From Rhodosorus marinus CCMP1338 (taxonomy: Eukaryota; Plantae; Rhodophyta), in assembly GCA_029953675.1 (NCBI GenBank), contig JAMWBK010000004.1, positions 2,170,001 to 2,234,000 on the forward strand: a stretch of DNA of 64,000 bases, in the 5' to 3' direction. Each line of letters opens with the position of its first letter. The stretch's first letter is position 1. The position numbers were made by a program, and so were the translations under genes. Under the pieces are notes generated by a model. The model saw nothing but the letters and a program-made list of their open reading frames with translations, was not told the origin of the DNA and ran no database searches. Shown here piece by piece: positions 11,768 to 24,870 of the stretch.

Positions 11768-12267
11768 GACATGGGGCTGGACAACGCGCTCGAATGGCTT
11801 GATCTCACTGGCGCACTTGCTGCATTTCTGTCTCTATATTTGAAAATACTCGAAGGATGCGCAGAAGACGATTACGACTACGAAGAAATTAAGTGCAGAC
11901 TACGCGAGAACTTCTTCGGCAATGCAACCGCAAACGCGTGAGTCACAGCGCATCAAAGCGCACTGGAAAATGTACTGGGCACTGGCATGACTGTACCAAG
12001 TGACGTAAAGAGGGAAAACCCATCTCCTGGCGCCAGATATGCAACTGTCGCAACCTCTTGCAAAAGTACGGTGAATCCAGTGCACTTTTATGCATTGTGA
12101 AGATCCTCATCAGTTTATCAGCTGCTTCGAAAACTTCAATGAGAGAAACAGGACTGCTACTCACCCTGTTTGGACTGAAGAGTACACAGTCATTGATGCG
12201 TCGCGTCTCGATCGTTTCAGGCCTGGCGGGTCGCCGATGGCTGTTGGGACACCAAAAATTTGACTAG
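11768..12267 (+). CDS. Hypothetical small spliced protein
   Basis: Protein-like ORF MGLDNALEWLDLTGALAAFLSLYLKILEGCAEDDYDYEEIKCRLRENFFG followed by a GTGAGT donor near 11939; downstream frame unresolved. Confidence 0.3.
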
Positions 12268-12464
12268 AAAAAATTCGTGACGACTTTAAACGGACTGCTG
12301 ATTTCTCTCCTGGATTCCACGTTAGTTCTCCTCATCGTGTAGCCTAGCAGAACATACGTACAGGAGTCGTTTATCTACACCGCAAAGCAAACGGCTATGA
12401 GTACTGCATTCCGTAGTGCTGTGTGCTTCAATTCCTGTGCTAAATGCATCAGTTCCCAAAGCGT

Positions 12465-14777
12465 TTAGCGGAAGTCTTTATCGACATCAGCCGCTGTTGC
12501 CGAGAAAAGTTCCTTCGCCCCAGCACCTATGAGCAGGGTGCGGCTCTTGACAAGGAAAGGATCTGTCTCACGTCGCCTGTAGCGATGTCGATTTTTCTCT
12601 TCGATGTTCGCATGACTTCGAGAAAATGCGATGAAAGGATGGACAAAAGCAAGTACAGCAGGCTCTTCTCCCTCAGCTACTAACATATCTTTAATGGCTT
12701 CTGAATATAGATTCAACTAGCTTCGGTCAATCAATCAGCATACAATCCTCCTTCCAAATCCTTCTCCTTGCCAAGCTCCATGAACGTCCTGTTCTCTTCT
12801 TTGATACATGCGAGCTCTGCCTTTAGAGTCTTAATCTTTGATATAGTCATTCGAATGCTACCTTCGGACTTTTCATGTTCGAGTTCCATGTGAGTCTCTT
12901 GGTATTGTCTCCACCATTCTCGTTCTTCTTTGAGCCTCCGACTATGTTCGGACTTGAATTCGCCCACCCAAGTCGCAGCCTTCTCAGCTGCTACCCGGGT
13001 TAGCCGTTGCGAAGTAGCGTGATAGTCCTTTCGACGCCTGTGAAGTTGAATTCTTGCTTTCTGCCTCACGTCCTGAACTTGGTACCTAGACACAGCTTTT
13101 AGCGCATCCTCAACTTTCCGTAAGTCTTCTGAGAGGCAAGGGAAGTTACAATGGACGAAACGGCTGTTAGCGAAATCTATTGAAGTCGAACTTCTCAAAA
13201 ATATGGCAGCTTGTTCACCTTCAACTTCACTGTCACAATCTGTATGAACATCATTAGCTTCTTGCAGACGTTCGGAACGACGTTCGGGCTGCACCAATGC
13301 AAGAAATGTTAAAGTTAGATAGATAGAATAAGAGGTGAAGCCTGTTAATTGACTTGATTCATACTGTTAGGGTGGATGAAGCTAGCGATTTTCCTCTTGG
13401 AAGATCTCTGATAAGTGATGGAAGTACCAATTCGTCGCCATTCGATATGTCCTTGGAACAGAAGAGCTTTTTGTTCAGCCGGCGGCTTCTGTTTGATAGA
13501 AGTGAAATTGTGGAGCTCTTACCTTGCGTGGTGACTGTATCATGGGGCTCTGCAGGTTGCCGCAAGGAGATGAGAAAGTAGACGAAAAGGAGCTCTCGGA
13601 ATCATTGTCGCTCTGCTTGCAAACAAGCAAGGGGCACACTATGAGAAACCCAGTGACTATTAAACGGGATCCAGATGTTTTAAACTCCATACTTACCTGG
13701 TAAAGGCTTAGACTACGCCGTTCCTTCTTAGTGGGTGTAGAATTATTTTCCGCCGCAGCGCTGTCAAAGCGAACTCTCGCTTCATTGAGCTCCACTAGCT
13801 GTTTCCTAGTTTCCTCGAGTTCCTGTTTGAGTTCTGTTAAAAGAGAAAACTGGTAAGCAGCAATATAGGACTTCTCTAATCTAATAACTCTTGCTTCACG
13901 AGCACGATCAGCCTCTGCTGAGCTTGAGAAAAAAATTACCATCCTGAGCATCATGGACTTGAGCCAGGTCTTGTATTGATCTACTGATTTGCATTTCTAG
14001 CTCTGGGTCAAACACATTTTTCTTGACTGCGTCTCGCTCTTCATATTTCTGAGTTTCTGAAGGGCTTAAGCTTCCCTGTATTTGATAATGATCAATTGAA
14101 AAGGTTTAGTTGCAGTCTTGCTGGCCACATCCCTCTTTTCCTGGACAAGCTCACCTCTGATGAGCTTTTTGAGAACCGCTCAACAGGAGATACTGGAGAG
14201 CTTGGCTTGCGACTTTTTACGCCTTTGCCCAACCATCCCTTCGCGTTTTGCTCCCTGACGCTTCCGTCCTGTATTTTTTGGTACCCCATCTCTGCATTCA
14301 AGAAAATGAGTGGGGAGCAACAATTAGTAGTCGCAAGTGCGGCGCGGTGTAAAATGGTGCGTACTTTTTTGCTTATCATCAGGTGATGTCGACTTTTCTC
14401 GAGGTGCGAGCTTTGCACTTTTGATTGGCCTCGAGTTTCTAGGCCAGGGCTGTATTCTTCTGTCTTGAAGATTGCTCGCCAACCCATTGTTTTCTTGATT
14501 CCTAGTCGCATTGGCCTTGTCCAAATCCGCCTTTCGTTTGGCGCTTACATCTCGTAAGTCGCTATGTCCTCCCCGTGTTTGCGAATTCTTCTGCGCAGAG
14601 TTGCGACTGTGCGATCTTCTTTCCGCTTTCCAAGCTTCCAGCCTCGATCGCATTTCTGCTTGACGCAGGTCTGTATATCTTAACACCTAGACAAAAAAGA
14701 AGAACGAGACCCCAAAACTGCACTCTGAGCTTTTTGGAAGGTCATCCCATCCTCAGAGCAGCGTTCACTCTCACCAT
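12465..14777 (-). CDS. Hypothetical coiled-coil protein, multi-exon
   Basis: ATG then GTGAG intron at 14777. Exons are rich in E/K/R/L heptads (LTELKQELEETRKQLVELNEAR; IKTLKAELACIKEENR); canonical donors e.g. CAG/GTAAGT at 13697. Confidence 0.55.
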
Positions 14778-15208
14778 GGCCGCTTTCGCAGCGAAGCTAG
14801 AAGGCTACAACCAAAAACTAACCCTTTTTGCAGTAGTACTGGGATTCTAAAAATATGGAGCCCTAAAGATTATCCGTCCATAACCAGCAATCGTTCGACG
14901 AGTTTTTCAAGGCAGCTCAGCAGCACATATACCACATCGTCCCCCACGCAAACATCGTCGTCCACGACTCAACTGCAAAAAGAACTCGTTCACTACTAGA
15001 TTAAAAAAACCATCAACACTGGAACCTGGCTCATGCTACAAGGCCACCTACATTTCCACCTACTAAGGAACTTGCCCACTAAAACCAACGCCGGTTTCAG
15101 CCCCAATCTCAAAGCTCAATCAGCTTCGTAACGGCTATGATCCGTTGAGATTTAAAAATTACTGCCAAAAGAACCAGTGTCAGGAACCTACTACAAATTG
15201 TTTTCCTC

Positions 15209-15298
15209 CACGTGTTTATTTCTTGAAATATATCAAATTGATTCAATACACGTGTCAAAATAATCAGTTTGTGTTTACGACTCATATTTTTACACGTG
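15209..15298. promoter_or_regulatory. Cluster of three CACGTG (G-box/E-box) motifs in an AT-rich intergenic island
   Basis: CACGTG at 15209, 15249 and 15293, about 430-520 bp upstream of the coiled-coil gene start. Confidence 0.4.
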
Positions 15299-15896
15299 TC
15301 TCTTAATACATATACAGTCCTAACGTTAAGCATAGTGTTTTCGTCGATGTTGATTGACAAGATCTGATCGTTTGGTGCGCCTGGGGAACTAGAATGTGGA
15401 AGCCGGTTTACACTAGGAGAGGCCAAAAAACCTGTCAAAAAGGACGGGGGACACCTGCCTACAGCTTTGTACGGCCGAACCTCGTCTATTGAAACCATCG
15501 GCGGAAACGATCCTGCCTTGAATCAACTAGTGAAAACGGCTGGTCTGTAAGTACGCCGCTGAACCCGGGAATGAACTCTCCATTGGTTGGCAATCGCGCA
15601 GATCCGGTCCGGAAGCGGCTACCCAACAATAGGTATTGCTATCTATTAAGTATTAAATTTCTGGTACAAGGAGAGCTGATACGAGAGTCGCAGCTCGGTT
15701 TTGCGACACAATATACGGGTTACTCTCTAGACCATTTCTGCTGGGTTTTGTATACATACTCATAGACTTGAGTTCGGACTCAAATGGACCAACTCCCCGA
15801 CGCATAGGGCGGAACAACACCCCACCTAAGCGATCGTGGTCTACGTATCTTATATGCAATGACGATGCTCTAATCCATGGTCGAGTAGACACAAGT

Positions 15897-17958
15897 CTAG
15901 TCCACTATTGCTCTTCCGAAAATTCCTCCGCTGCTGTTCCTAACAGCGTCACTCTTCATTATTTCGTTCGGAACGTGAGCCCCTGCTTCCTCCAGTTTTA
16001 GCTGTTGTCGCAAGAATAACACAGACGTTCAGTTCTCGTGCCTGCGAGTGGCTCTCATAAGACCGCAATACTAATACCTTCAGATCATAGAAGACATCGG
16101 AATCAGCAGCAGTGACAAGAGTCCACGCCGTTCCCTTTCTTCCTGCTCTTCCGGTTCTCCCGATTCTGTGGATGTAAGGGTCAATCCTGTACAGTTACAA
16201 CGAAAACGAGGAAGAAGCACATCGACATGTCAGCAATTACAGCAATGTAGTAAACGAATCTGGCGACTATTCTCTGAAACTTACTGTTTCGGCATTTCAA
16301 AGTTGATAACATGGTTAACCCCTTTGATGTCTATTCCTCTGCCCAGAACATCTGTTGCAATCAGGACTCCAAGCTTTCCGGACTTGAAGCTGCTGAGGTT
16401 CTCCTCTCGTTGCTCCTGGTTCTTGCCGGAATGGATTACTGCAGTCCGAACTCCAGTGTCCGCTTCGATCGATCGAGAAACCGCATCACAGCCTTTCTTC
16501 GTGTTCACGAAAACGATTATGGGAGGTTCCAGCATCCGAATAAGCTCCGACAGACGGTTCTTCTTCTTCTGCTCTGAGGGAAGGAATTCCACCTTCTGCT
16601 CGACTAGATCTGCTGATTTCCCGGTCTCACCAACGGCAATGATTACGGGCCTTCTCAGAAACTTTCTGGCTAGCCTTTCCACGGCAGGAGGCATAGTCGC
16701 AGAAAACATGAAGGTCTGCCGGTACACTTTAGAATCTGTGTCCATCAAATCATCTTCTTCCTCGGGCTTCAAATTAGAGGAGGGAATTGCATCAAGTACT
16801 CCCTGGACCTGTGGCTCGAATCCCATGTCGATCATTCTATCGGCTTCGTCCAACACGAGGTACTTGCACTGGTTGAGAACGCAGAACCGTCTATCCAAAC
16901 AGTCGATCATTCGTCCGGGAGTGGCTACAACGATCTCACATCCTTCACGAAGAGCCATTCCTTGCGTTTCGATGGGGAGCCCACCAACGACCGAGCAAAC
17001 TCGATAGCCCAGTGGCTCAGCAAACTTCCGGGCCTCTGTTTCGATCTGCTGCGCGAGCTCACGAATTGGAGCCATGATCAGGGCATAAGGTCCTTCAGCG
17101 CTGTTCGCAGAGGTCATGGGCGGCATTTTGGATATGTACACGAGCATTGGAAGAACAAACGCAGCAGTTTTCCCAGACCCGGTTTCGGCGAGTCCAATCA
17201 TATCCTTTGTTTGAAGAGCAATTGGGATTGCAGCCATTTGGATTGGTCGCGGCGCGGGATACCCTGCCTTCTCGACAATCAGCTTTTGTAGAAGTGGAGG
17301 CAACCCAGATTCCTCCCAGCTTCTCGCCGGGTTGGGACAGTTTCCTCCACGTACGGCGATGGAATGATCCTCCTTAAATATTCTCCAATCTCGCTCCGTA
17401 AGCTCGTCGCGGTCTTTTTCAGACCAGTGCCTCGTGTCCTTCATCTTTTTGCTCTTACGCAAATGAACCGGGTCCGCCCATTTATCATCGGCCTGCCTGT
17501 CGTTTCCTGCTACTCCTCGTGCTTTGCTTTCCCTACCATTTCGTCTCGGGCTATCGGCAGCGCGGTCCTTCCCAGTATCCGCATCCATACCCGCGAGTCT
17601 GCCTCGTCCGAAGGCGACGCTGTGCTCGGCTTTTGCAAGATCCGCATAATATCCATACGCGTTGTCCCTGGACGTATCCTCGGTGGCTTCCCAGTCAAAC
17701 TTGAAGCGAAATTTTTCTGACGGTCGAACCGTCCGCTTTCTATCTTCCTTTTCATGCATGTAATGCCTTCGAATGGCCTCATGCAGTTTATCCTCCTCAC
17801 GACGTTCCCTCGCACTCCGTCGATCTCTGTCTCTGTCTCTGTCTCTGTCTCTGTCTCTGTCTCTGTCTCTGTCTCTGTCTCTGTCTCTGTCTCTGTCTCT
17901 GTCTCTGTCTCTGTCTCTGTCTCTGTCTCTGTCTCTGTCTCTGTCTCTGTCTCTGCCT

Positions 17959-18012
<54 letters not shown>

Positions 18013-18777
18013 TTGTCCCTCCACCTCTCAGTTCTATCGCTCCTCTCCCGCGTTGAGGTGCCCTAAGCGTATCAGTTCACAAGAAAGCGCAGTGAAGAAG
18101 GAAGAGCCACTGATATGTGAGGTCCAAAGACCAAGGAAGGAGGGTGGCTCGGTCGGTTTTCTTACGTCCTTTTGCCGCGGCAGGCCATCCCTGCTCGGTC
18201 TCTCTGGGTTCTGCATTGTTCTCTGCATAGCTCGCTTCTCCGCAAGTCTCGCAAGTGCCTGAGTCTCCCGTGCTTGCTTGGAGAGGAACACCGGCTTGAG
18301 CTGAGCCTCCGTTTCCTCTTTTTTCTTCTTCAAAAGCTCTTCCAAGGCAAGTGGCTCCTTTTTCCCTCCTTTTTCCTCTGCGGCGGTTGGTTCTGGTTTC
18401 TCCGAAACATGCTTGTTGTCCGCCGCCGCCCATCTAGCATCTTCTCCCCGAGAAGGTGAACGAGGTAAAGACTTCGAACGAGATGATGAATGAGACCTTG
18501 ATCTCCTCCTCCGTCGTGATCCGTCCCTCCTATATTCTCGATCTCGATCTCTCTCTCGGTTCCGGTCTCTGCTAATTTCTCTGTCTCGGCCCCTATCTCT
18601 GTCACGGTCTTTGTTTCTATCCCTATGCTTATCTCTATCTCCATCTCGATCGCGATCGCGATCCCTCTTCCGGTCACGCCCATCTCTATGCTCACCATGC
18701 CGGCTACCAAGGCTCTCTCGACGATATCTGTCCCGCTCCCGACTACGGCTTCGGCTTAAACTTCTATAACGTCCCAT
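15897..18777 (-). CDS. PRP28: DEAD-box RNA helicase Prp28/DDX23 (U5 snRNP), 4 exons
   Basis: N-terminal RS/RD region, [37 protein letters not shown]...[39 protein letters not shown]; spliced C-terminus ends ...GRAIVD* at 15897. Confidence 0.95.
17824..18019. repeat. Hexanucleotide microsatellite (TCTCTG)n then (TCCCTG)n, about 32 units, coding (RD)n in Prp28
   Basis: Near-perfect hexamer array; in the Prp28 frame it reads [11 protein letters not shown]...[24 protein letters not shown] without stops. Confidence 0.95.
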
Positions 18778-19172
18778 AGTCAGCTAACCGCAACGGTGGA
18801 GGATTCCTCTCGTAACAATTCCAAAAAAAAAAACAGTGCTACAAAGGACGCAGTTAAAGAATCACTCCGAGGAAATATTAGCTAGCTGAACTTTCTCCAA
18901 CGAAAATCGAACAAAACATAAGAATAAAACGGTGTTCAAGTCCAAACTCCTCAGTGGGAGTGCGTCTGCAAACGCGTATCTCCTTCAAACAGGACTAATC
19001 CCTAGAACAGCTCACACGCAACCTCATTCGAGAGGGTAACACACGGAAAAGCACAATCAAACAGCTAGAACGCATTTGCTCTCACTAGGTTTAAGCCAAC
19101 CCCTCAGATGCTCCCGTCTGAAACTCCTCGACGCAACCCAACCTCTTCGTCACTATAAACCGTCTCTGGCTT

Positions 19173-19646
19173 ATGAGAAGACGAAAACCAGCTGCTTTTG
19201 AGGAGGTTTAGGGTAGTGGCAGGGGTGTACCAGCTTTCCAGAAAGTATTGAATCATTTGAGCTTCTATAGGAGGCAGCCAGCTCACCAGAGAAGCAAAAA
19301 ACACAAGCAAACTCTCTAGATTGGCGTATTTCAATCGATGATGGTAATCTGACAGGTGCAATGGTCGTGGCGACAAAGTCTGATCCGTTAAAAGCTGAAG
19401 ATCTGGAAAAAAAATTACCCAGCAGCTCGAAAGGCCAATTTCATGGAGTACCATACGGTTTACATGGAGTATTTACTTTCACGGAAGTGTTCAGTGGAAA
19501 GAAGCACCTTGTGAGGCCGTGCTGTCGGTCCACGAGCTCGAACCAGTTCGCCAACTGTTCAGTAAACCATTCGGATTAACTTGCGTCCCTCCACAATGCG
19601 GCAGAGCTGCCCCTATGTGGTTCGAGGGTTTTTCAAACAACCCTAA
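19173..19646 (+). CDS. Hypothetical small protein, 3 predicted exons
   Basis: MRRRKPAAFEE / EAASSPEKQKTQANSLDWRISIDDGNLTGAMVVATKSD...FSGKKHL / SCPYVVRGFFKQP* joined by GT-AG introns in phase 0; no family recognised. Confidence 0.3.
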
Positions 19647-19811
19647 CGTTGTCCGGGTTCATGCCAATTGGCATGTCATTCGCTCGCACCGGATGGAGTC
19701 GGCTAACTAGATCGAAGTTCGCATAGTAGGTTCATTCTAAGTGTGCCATGCTCCGTTCCAATGTCGAAAGGACAGGTTTATTGTGAAATAGTAGTTAATT
19801 AAGGTACATTT

Positions 19812-22092
19812 CTACATGGGTTCCTCAAGACCGTCAAACATGCTACCGATGTGGTGGGGGGTGAGCGCCTCGCCGCCCTCCCCGGATAGATTTGCGAGTC
19901 TCTGGAAAGTTGCTGCGGTTGATCTTTGGTTTGCCGCATCTGCGGGGTTTGTTAGCCATGGTTTGAAGTAGATTTCATCCATTCTCTCGAGCCATCCTTT
20001 GCGCCCTTCGTCAGGTGTGGGATGTTCTTGGCCCGCGGCAAAAGTGTCCATGTCTCTGCCTTCAAGATGAGACACGTGCTTCTGGTTTTTGGACGCGGTT
20101 GCCGCTCCTTCTACTCTTAGGAGTTGCAGAATAGGCAATGTTCCGCCTCCAAGAACGATAACTGTAAACAGCACAATAGCCTAGAGCAGAAATCATGTCA
20201 ACGGTCAGCGCATGAATGGAAGCGTTCAGACAAACGACGCTTACCAGAGTCGTGGATATAACTACACGACGCGTGACCTCGTTTCCTCCAGGAAAATTCA
20301 ACGACAGAGCAAATGCAATGGCTCCGCGCAGACCGGAGAACCACATAATGAACTGATTCTTCGCATCAATTTTTGCGTTCCCGCGATACTTGTTCACCAC
20401 CCGCGACAAGGGGAAAATGTTGGCGGCCCTGTGTGGGTTTTCATCACGAGAGTGGTTGCAAAGAAGGAATTTCAGAACACTCCGATTCCTCAGAATATAA
20501 CCTTTTTGAGGATGCCTCACCTTGATGCTAACGTTAGGACGATCGCGAATGCTACAGTTGCGGAGTCCCATGAATGGTTGAATGTAGTCAAGGCCGTGCC
20601 CAAGTAGACGAACACAAAGGTCTCAGTGAGATAGGCAATGCTTTTGAAGCAGTAGTTTGATGATATCTGCGTGACTGTGCTTAGGTTCGGGTGTGCGTAG
20701 TGTGCGAGTAGGACTCCGCCCGTTAATATTCCCATGATTCCCGACATTCCAAACCCTGGATGGCGCGGAAAGAAATACGGTCAGTTTCCAGTTACTGGAC
20801 AGCAGACAGAAAGCAAGAAACCAAGCGCTCCGTAGTTTTGGATCCCACCTTCACACATGAAGTACGGCACGTACGCCATAAGCATGTAGAACGCCAGTTC
20901 CAGAGTTGGTTGCTTGCTTAGCGAAAGGTGCTTGAGAATGAGCGCTGCTAGTGCACTGGTCAATACTCCAATCACCACTGATCCGGCAAATATGTACACA
21001 AACGAGAAAATCGGAACGTACCAGTGCGGACGAGAGCTTCCAATCATCTGGGCGAACGTGTGGTACAGGACGATTGCTACCTGGAAAAGAGTTCAGAAAG
21101 TAAAGGGCAAGCGCATATTTAGCTAAATCCTTGAGAAATTACGTAGACGATCTCCTGGGTAGGTTCATGGGTTGGGGGGCGGTGACATACAGCGTCGTTT
21201 ACAACACTCTCGCCGAAGACCAAATAGTGTAAGGTACGATTGACCTTGAGTGCATTAAAAATAGCAAGCGTCGCCACGGGATCCACGGCCGATACTAAGG
21301 CTCCAAAGGTTAGCGCCTCCCATAGCCGAAACTTGTACGAAACTGCAAGGGTTCCAAGAAGGTACATTCCGAGCTGCATGACCCGTTACAAACTTCTGTT
21401 AGCAAATGACCACTCTCTGCTTTTCTGACTTGACGATACGTACCCCCCAGAAAAGAGCAGTGATGATAGTTCCGACGACAGCAAACACTAGAATGCTCCC
21501 GGATTGTCTAAAGAAATCGGCCTTGCTCAGAGAATAACCAGCTTCGAAGATGATCGGCGGAATGATGAAAAGAAAAAACTGTTCCTGATTTGGCAGCGCA
21601 TATCCCGCTGTCGCCGATATTCCGCTAAGTCGAAGAATGAGACCAATCATGATCCCAATGAAGACATAGCTTAAACAATCAGGAAGGTTGAAGAAGGAGT
21701 GCTCAGAAATCAAAAAGGACGCCACGATACAGAACGACAAAGTCATTATGAAGATTGCAAGTCCGAAACCGAGTTCATTTTGACTCTCTTCCTCGCTCCC
21801 ACCCTGAGTCAGAAGTCCAATATCTGGATCCTGATCATCGGAAAACACATTGTCAAAGTTCCTTAGTACCCTAAAGCCGTCCTAGAGAAGACATCACTCA
21901 AAAACTTACAAATTCACCAGCACAGTTACAGCTGGGGCATCCACTAGGCCTGCTTCCTTTAGTCGCAATGATGAGTGCCAGCGCAAACAGAACAAGAGCC
22001 AGGAATGCGATCGCGACAGGTAGATACGCTTGCCTCTTCTGAGACCAGGACCCGGGATCCTCCATGCTCTCATCCCTACCATCACCATCCAT
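19812..22092 (-). CDS. NHX: Na+/H+ exchanger, CPA1/NHX (endosomal-type) family, multi-exon
   Basis: [66 protein letters not shown]. Confidence 0.93.
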
Positions 22093-22326
22093 ATTTTAAT
22101 ACTACTTGCAGGTTGTAAAGACTTCTTGAAAGGTCTCTCGTCGAAGTTTTCCTCCTACCTTACCACCACCACCAAACCCTTCTCAACTCTCTAATCACGA
22201 ATGTGCTTCAAATTACTATCTAAATAAAGACAAACCCTAACTCAGATTTGCGCTATCATAAATCTTCTTTTCAATATATTCATGATTAAGATCAACCGTA
22301 CAGCTAAATATTGACAAAGCTGCCCT

Positions 22327-22625
22327 CACGTGGATCCAGACCATAGCTTGTCCCTAAAACAAAGTCCGTGTAGCAGTATAAGTATAATTGACAGGCGAAA
22401 AAAAAAGACAACTCGCCCATTAATTGGATATTTAATACGCGTGGTTGATCTTAGTTGGGTAAATAATTGCAATAGACACGTGTGATATTTCAATTTGGTT
22501 ATTAGACCCTTTTTTATTATTATTCGTGGGATTGCCAGGAGTGCCCGTAGTTTCATTCGCTGGTATACAATGGTTCAGGACGTTTGTCAGCTCTTAATTA
22601 GATTAAAAACAAGACAAAACACGTG
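22327..22625. promoter_or_regulatory. AT-rich divergent promoter (NHX / ADA2) with three CACGTG motifs
   Basis: CACGTG at 22327, 22477 and 22620 in an ORF-poor AT-rich stretch between head-to-head genes. Confidence 0.4.
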
Positions 22626-22954
22626 TCATATTTTTATTTGATATAGTTGTATCACTTAGTTTTTATCTGAAAAAGTTTGAATGGACGTAAATGTGAGAAA
22701 AAGGGCTCGTGAGAAGATATATTCAGGGTTTTTCGTAAAGTGAGTGCCGTGGTGGAAGGGCACCATTTGTACTTGAATGCGACTTGGGTGGAACCGCTAG
22801 AGTTGGGGTCGGGGAGGCTAAGGAGTGAGAGATTAGTGGGTATGTTTTGCATGGGAAGTGAGTTACAATCTTTAGGATTAACTCTTTCGTTTTAGTGGTG
22901 TTTATATTCCTTCGCTCCGTCGAGAGCGAAACAAATGAGGCAAGTTGTTTGAAG

Positions 22955-24755
22955 ATGGTTGAGCCCGATTCGAGCGAAGCTGGTACGAGGTAAGCTGTTC
23001 CTTTTTTTTCGTTTGCTTCTGAGGATGGAGGCGTTGTTTTTTGTTTTGTTTTTTGCTCCACCGCAGCTCTGTTTCTTTCCTTTTTATTTTTGGTGTTTTT
23101 TTGATGTCCTCGTTCGCGTTCCTGACTGTTTCGTTTGGGTTTGAACTTTTTTGACGAACAAGAAAGCGTCAGAGGAGCGACTCGGGGACGAATCCGGGTT
23201 GCGCATACTGCAGGAGATACCTGAGGGGTGTTGCATATATTCAGTGCAGCGAATGCTCCCCGAAATTGGGACGATACTGTGTTGATTGCTTTTCAGTTGC
23301 CGCGCACGTTCTTCCCCACCAACCGGATCATTCATATCGAGTCGTTAGTTTCGATCATGTCGTCGTTTCAGATGGATGGACTGCGCCGGAGGAACTCCTG
23401 CTATTAGATGCGCTCCTTGATTATGGCGTTGGGAATTGGGAAGAAGTAGCTGAAGTTGTCGGTACGAAAACGAGAGATGAGTGTTCAGAGCATTATGAAA
23501 CCGTCTATATGGAGGCGGATACTTTCCCACTTCGGCGCGACATAGGACGGAAGAAGGCTACTGGAGAGCGCAAAGCCGAGGTAAAAGAGGCAAGGGTAGA
23601 ACAGTTGGGCGAACCTCTGGACGGCTCCACCGATAGTACGAAGCACGGAAAGCTGGGAGTCCATCACGAGCTATCTGGCTATTATCCAAATCGCCAGGAC
23701 TTCGATGTGGAATGGGATGACTCCGCGGAAGCCTACTTGGCGGATATGAGCATAGATCCCGGCGACACTGATCACGAGAAGGACTTGAAGCTTCGACTGA
23801 TAGATGTTTACCAACGCAGGCTCAACGAGCGCGAGCTGGTAAAGGATCACGTTTTCGAACGAGGTCTACTTGACTTCGAGAATCTCAGGGGGAAAGAAAG
23901 AAGGATGCACAAAGAAGAGAGAGTTTTAAGCTCCTCTCTACAAGTGTTCTCTAGGCTGCAGTCACAGGTAAGTGCTACTAGTTGCTTACCACTAGAACGC
24001 ACACTATTTGTAGTGACTGTAACTGCTCAATCGTGTAGGAAGAGCATGAGGTCTTCACGAACGCAATGCTGTACGAGCACCGTCTTCTGGCCCGACTGTT
24101 CGAATTGGCGCACTACAGATCGCAGGGGCTGAAGACAGTTAAGGAAGCGGATGTATACGAAGCTGATAGAAGGAGACGTGTTTCTGAACTCCAGCTTCGA
24201 AAAGCGAAGGAGCCGGCGTACAGAACGGGTTTGAAGAGCTACAGTAGAGGAGCTCGATACCTACACCGTGAGAAGCACAATAAGGAAATACCCAGCCCAG
24301 CGGTGCCAGTGAGATCGCCGGGATTGAAGGAACAAAATGTGAAGGACAAACCGAACAAAGCCATCGGAAACAAGGTAAGATAGGACCGTGTACGTGTCTG
24401 GATTATTGTCAACCATGACTGATTCGTTGCTTGATGTATGGGAATGGAATAGCTACAGCATTCGCTTACGAAGGGAGTTGAACCGCCTCTGGCCATAGAG
24501 GGCTTGCCGGGGTACGAGGAGTTGCATCCGAAGGAGCGTGAAATTTGCTCGTTGTTGCGCATTCACCCTCAAACGTATGCGGATGTGAAGGACGAGGCAC
24601 TGGAGACGTGCCGCGAGCTCGCGAGGAGCGATAGGGCAAGTACAACATGTCAACTTCAAGTGAATCTTTCCGAAGGAGAAAACGAGAAACCCTTCAGGAT
24701 TAGCGCTGCGGTTGTCACGACGGAGAACGAGGCACAATCGAATGGGAGAAATTGA
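22955..24755 (+). CDS. ADA2: Transcriptional adaptor ADA2 (SAGA complex), multi-exon
   Basis: ZZ finger (CAYC...IQCSEC...YCVDCFS...HQPDHSY), SANT (WTAPEELLLLDALLDYGVGNWEEVA), GYYPNRQDFDVEWDDSAE, SWIRM (LPGYEELHPKEREICSLLRIHPQTY); first exon uncertain. Confidence 0.92.
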
Positions 24756-24870
24756 AGGGATTTATGATCTTCATTCTCAGTGCCATGCGAAACTAACTTC
24801 ATTAACTGAAATAAAGCTGAACATATCCTCAGCTAGAAGCAGAAACGAACAAGCTCCTCTGTTAGGTAAG

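Noticed and set aside
13689-13700. ATACTTACCTGG, identical to the U1 snRNA 5-prime end
   Set aside because: It is the reverse complement of a consensus donor (CCAG/GTAAGTAT) in the - strand coiled-coil gene; no U1 stem-loops or Sm site follow
14920-14960. GCAGCACATATAC and CACGCAAA, both U6 snRNA-like
   Set aside because: No ACAGAGA box, no AGC triad or internal stem-loop, and the spacing is far too short
17754-18066. (SV)n, (SL)n and (GQ/RQ)n ORFs
   Set aside because: Alternative frames of the hexamer microsatellite; only the RD frame connects to conserved Prp28 sequence
19660-19675. Perfect 16-bp palindrome CATGCCAATTGGCATG
   Set aside because: About one such palindrome is expected by chance in 64 kb
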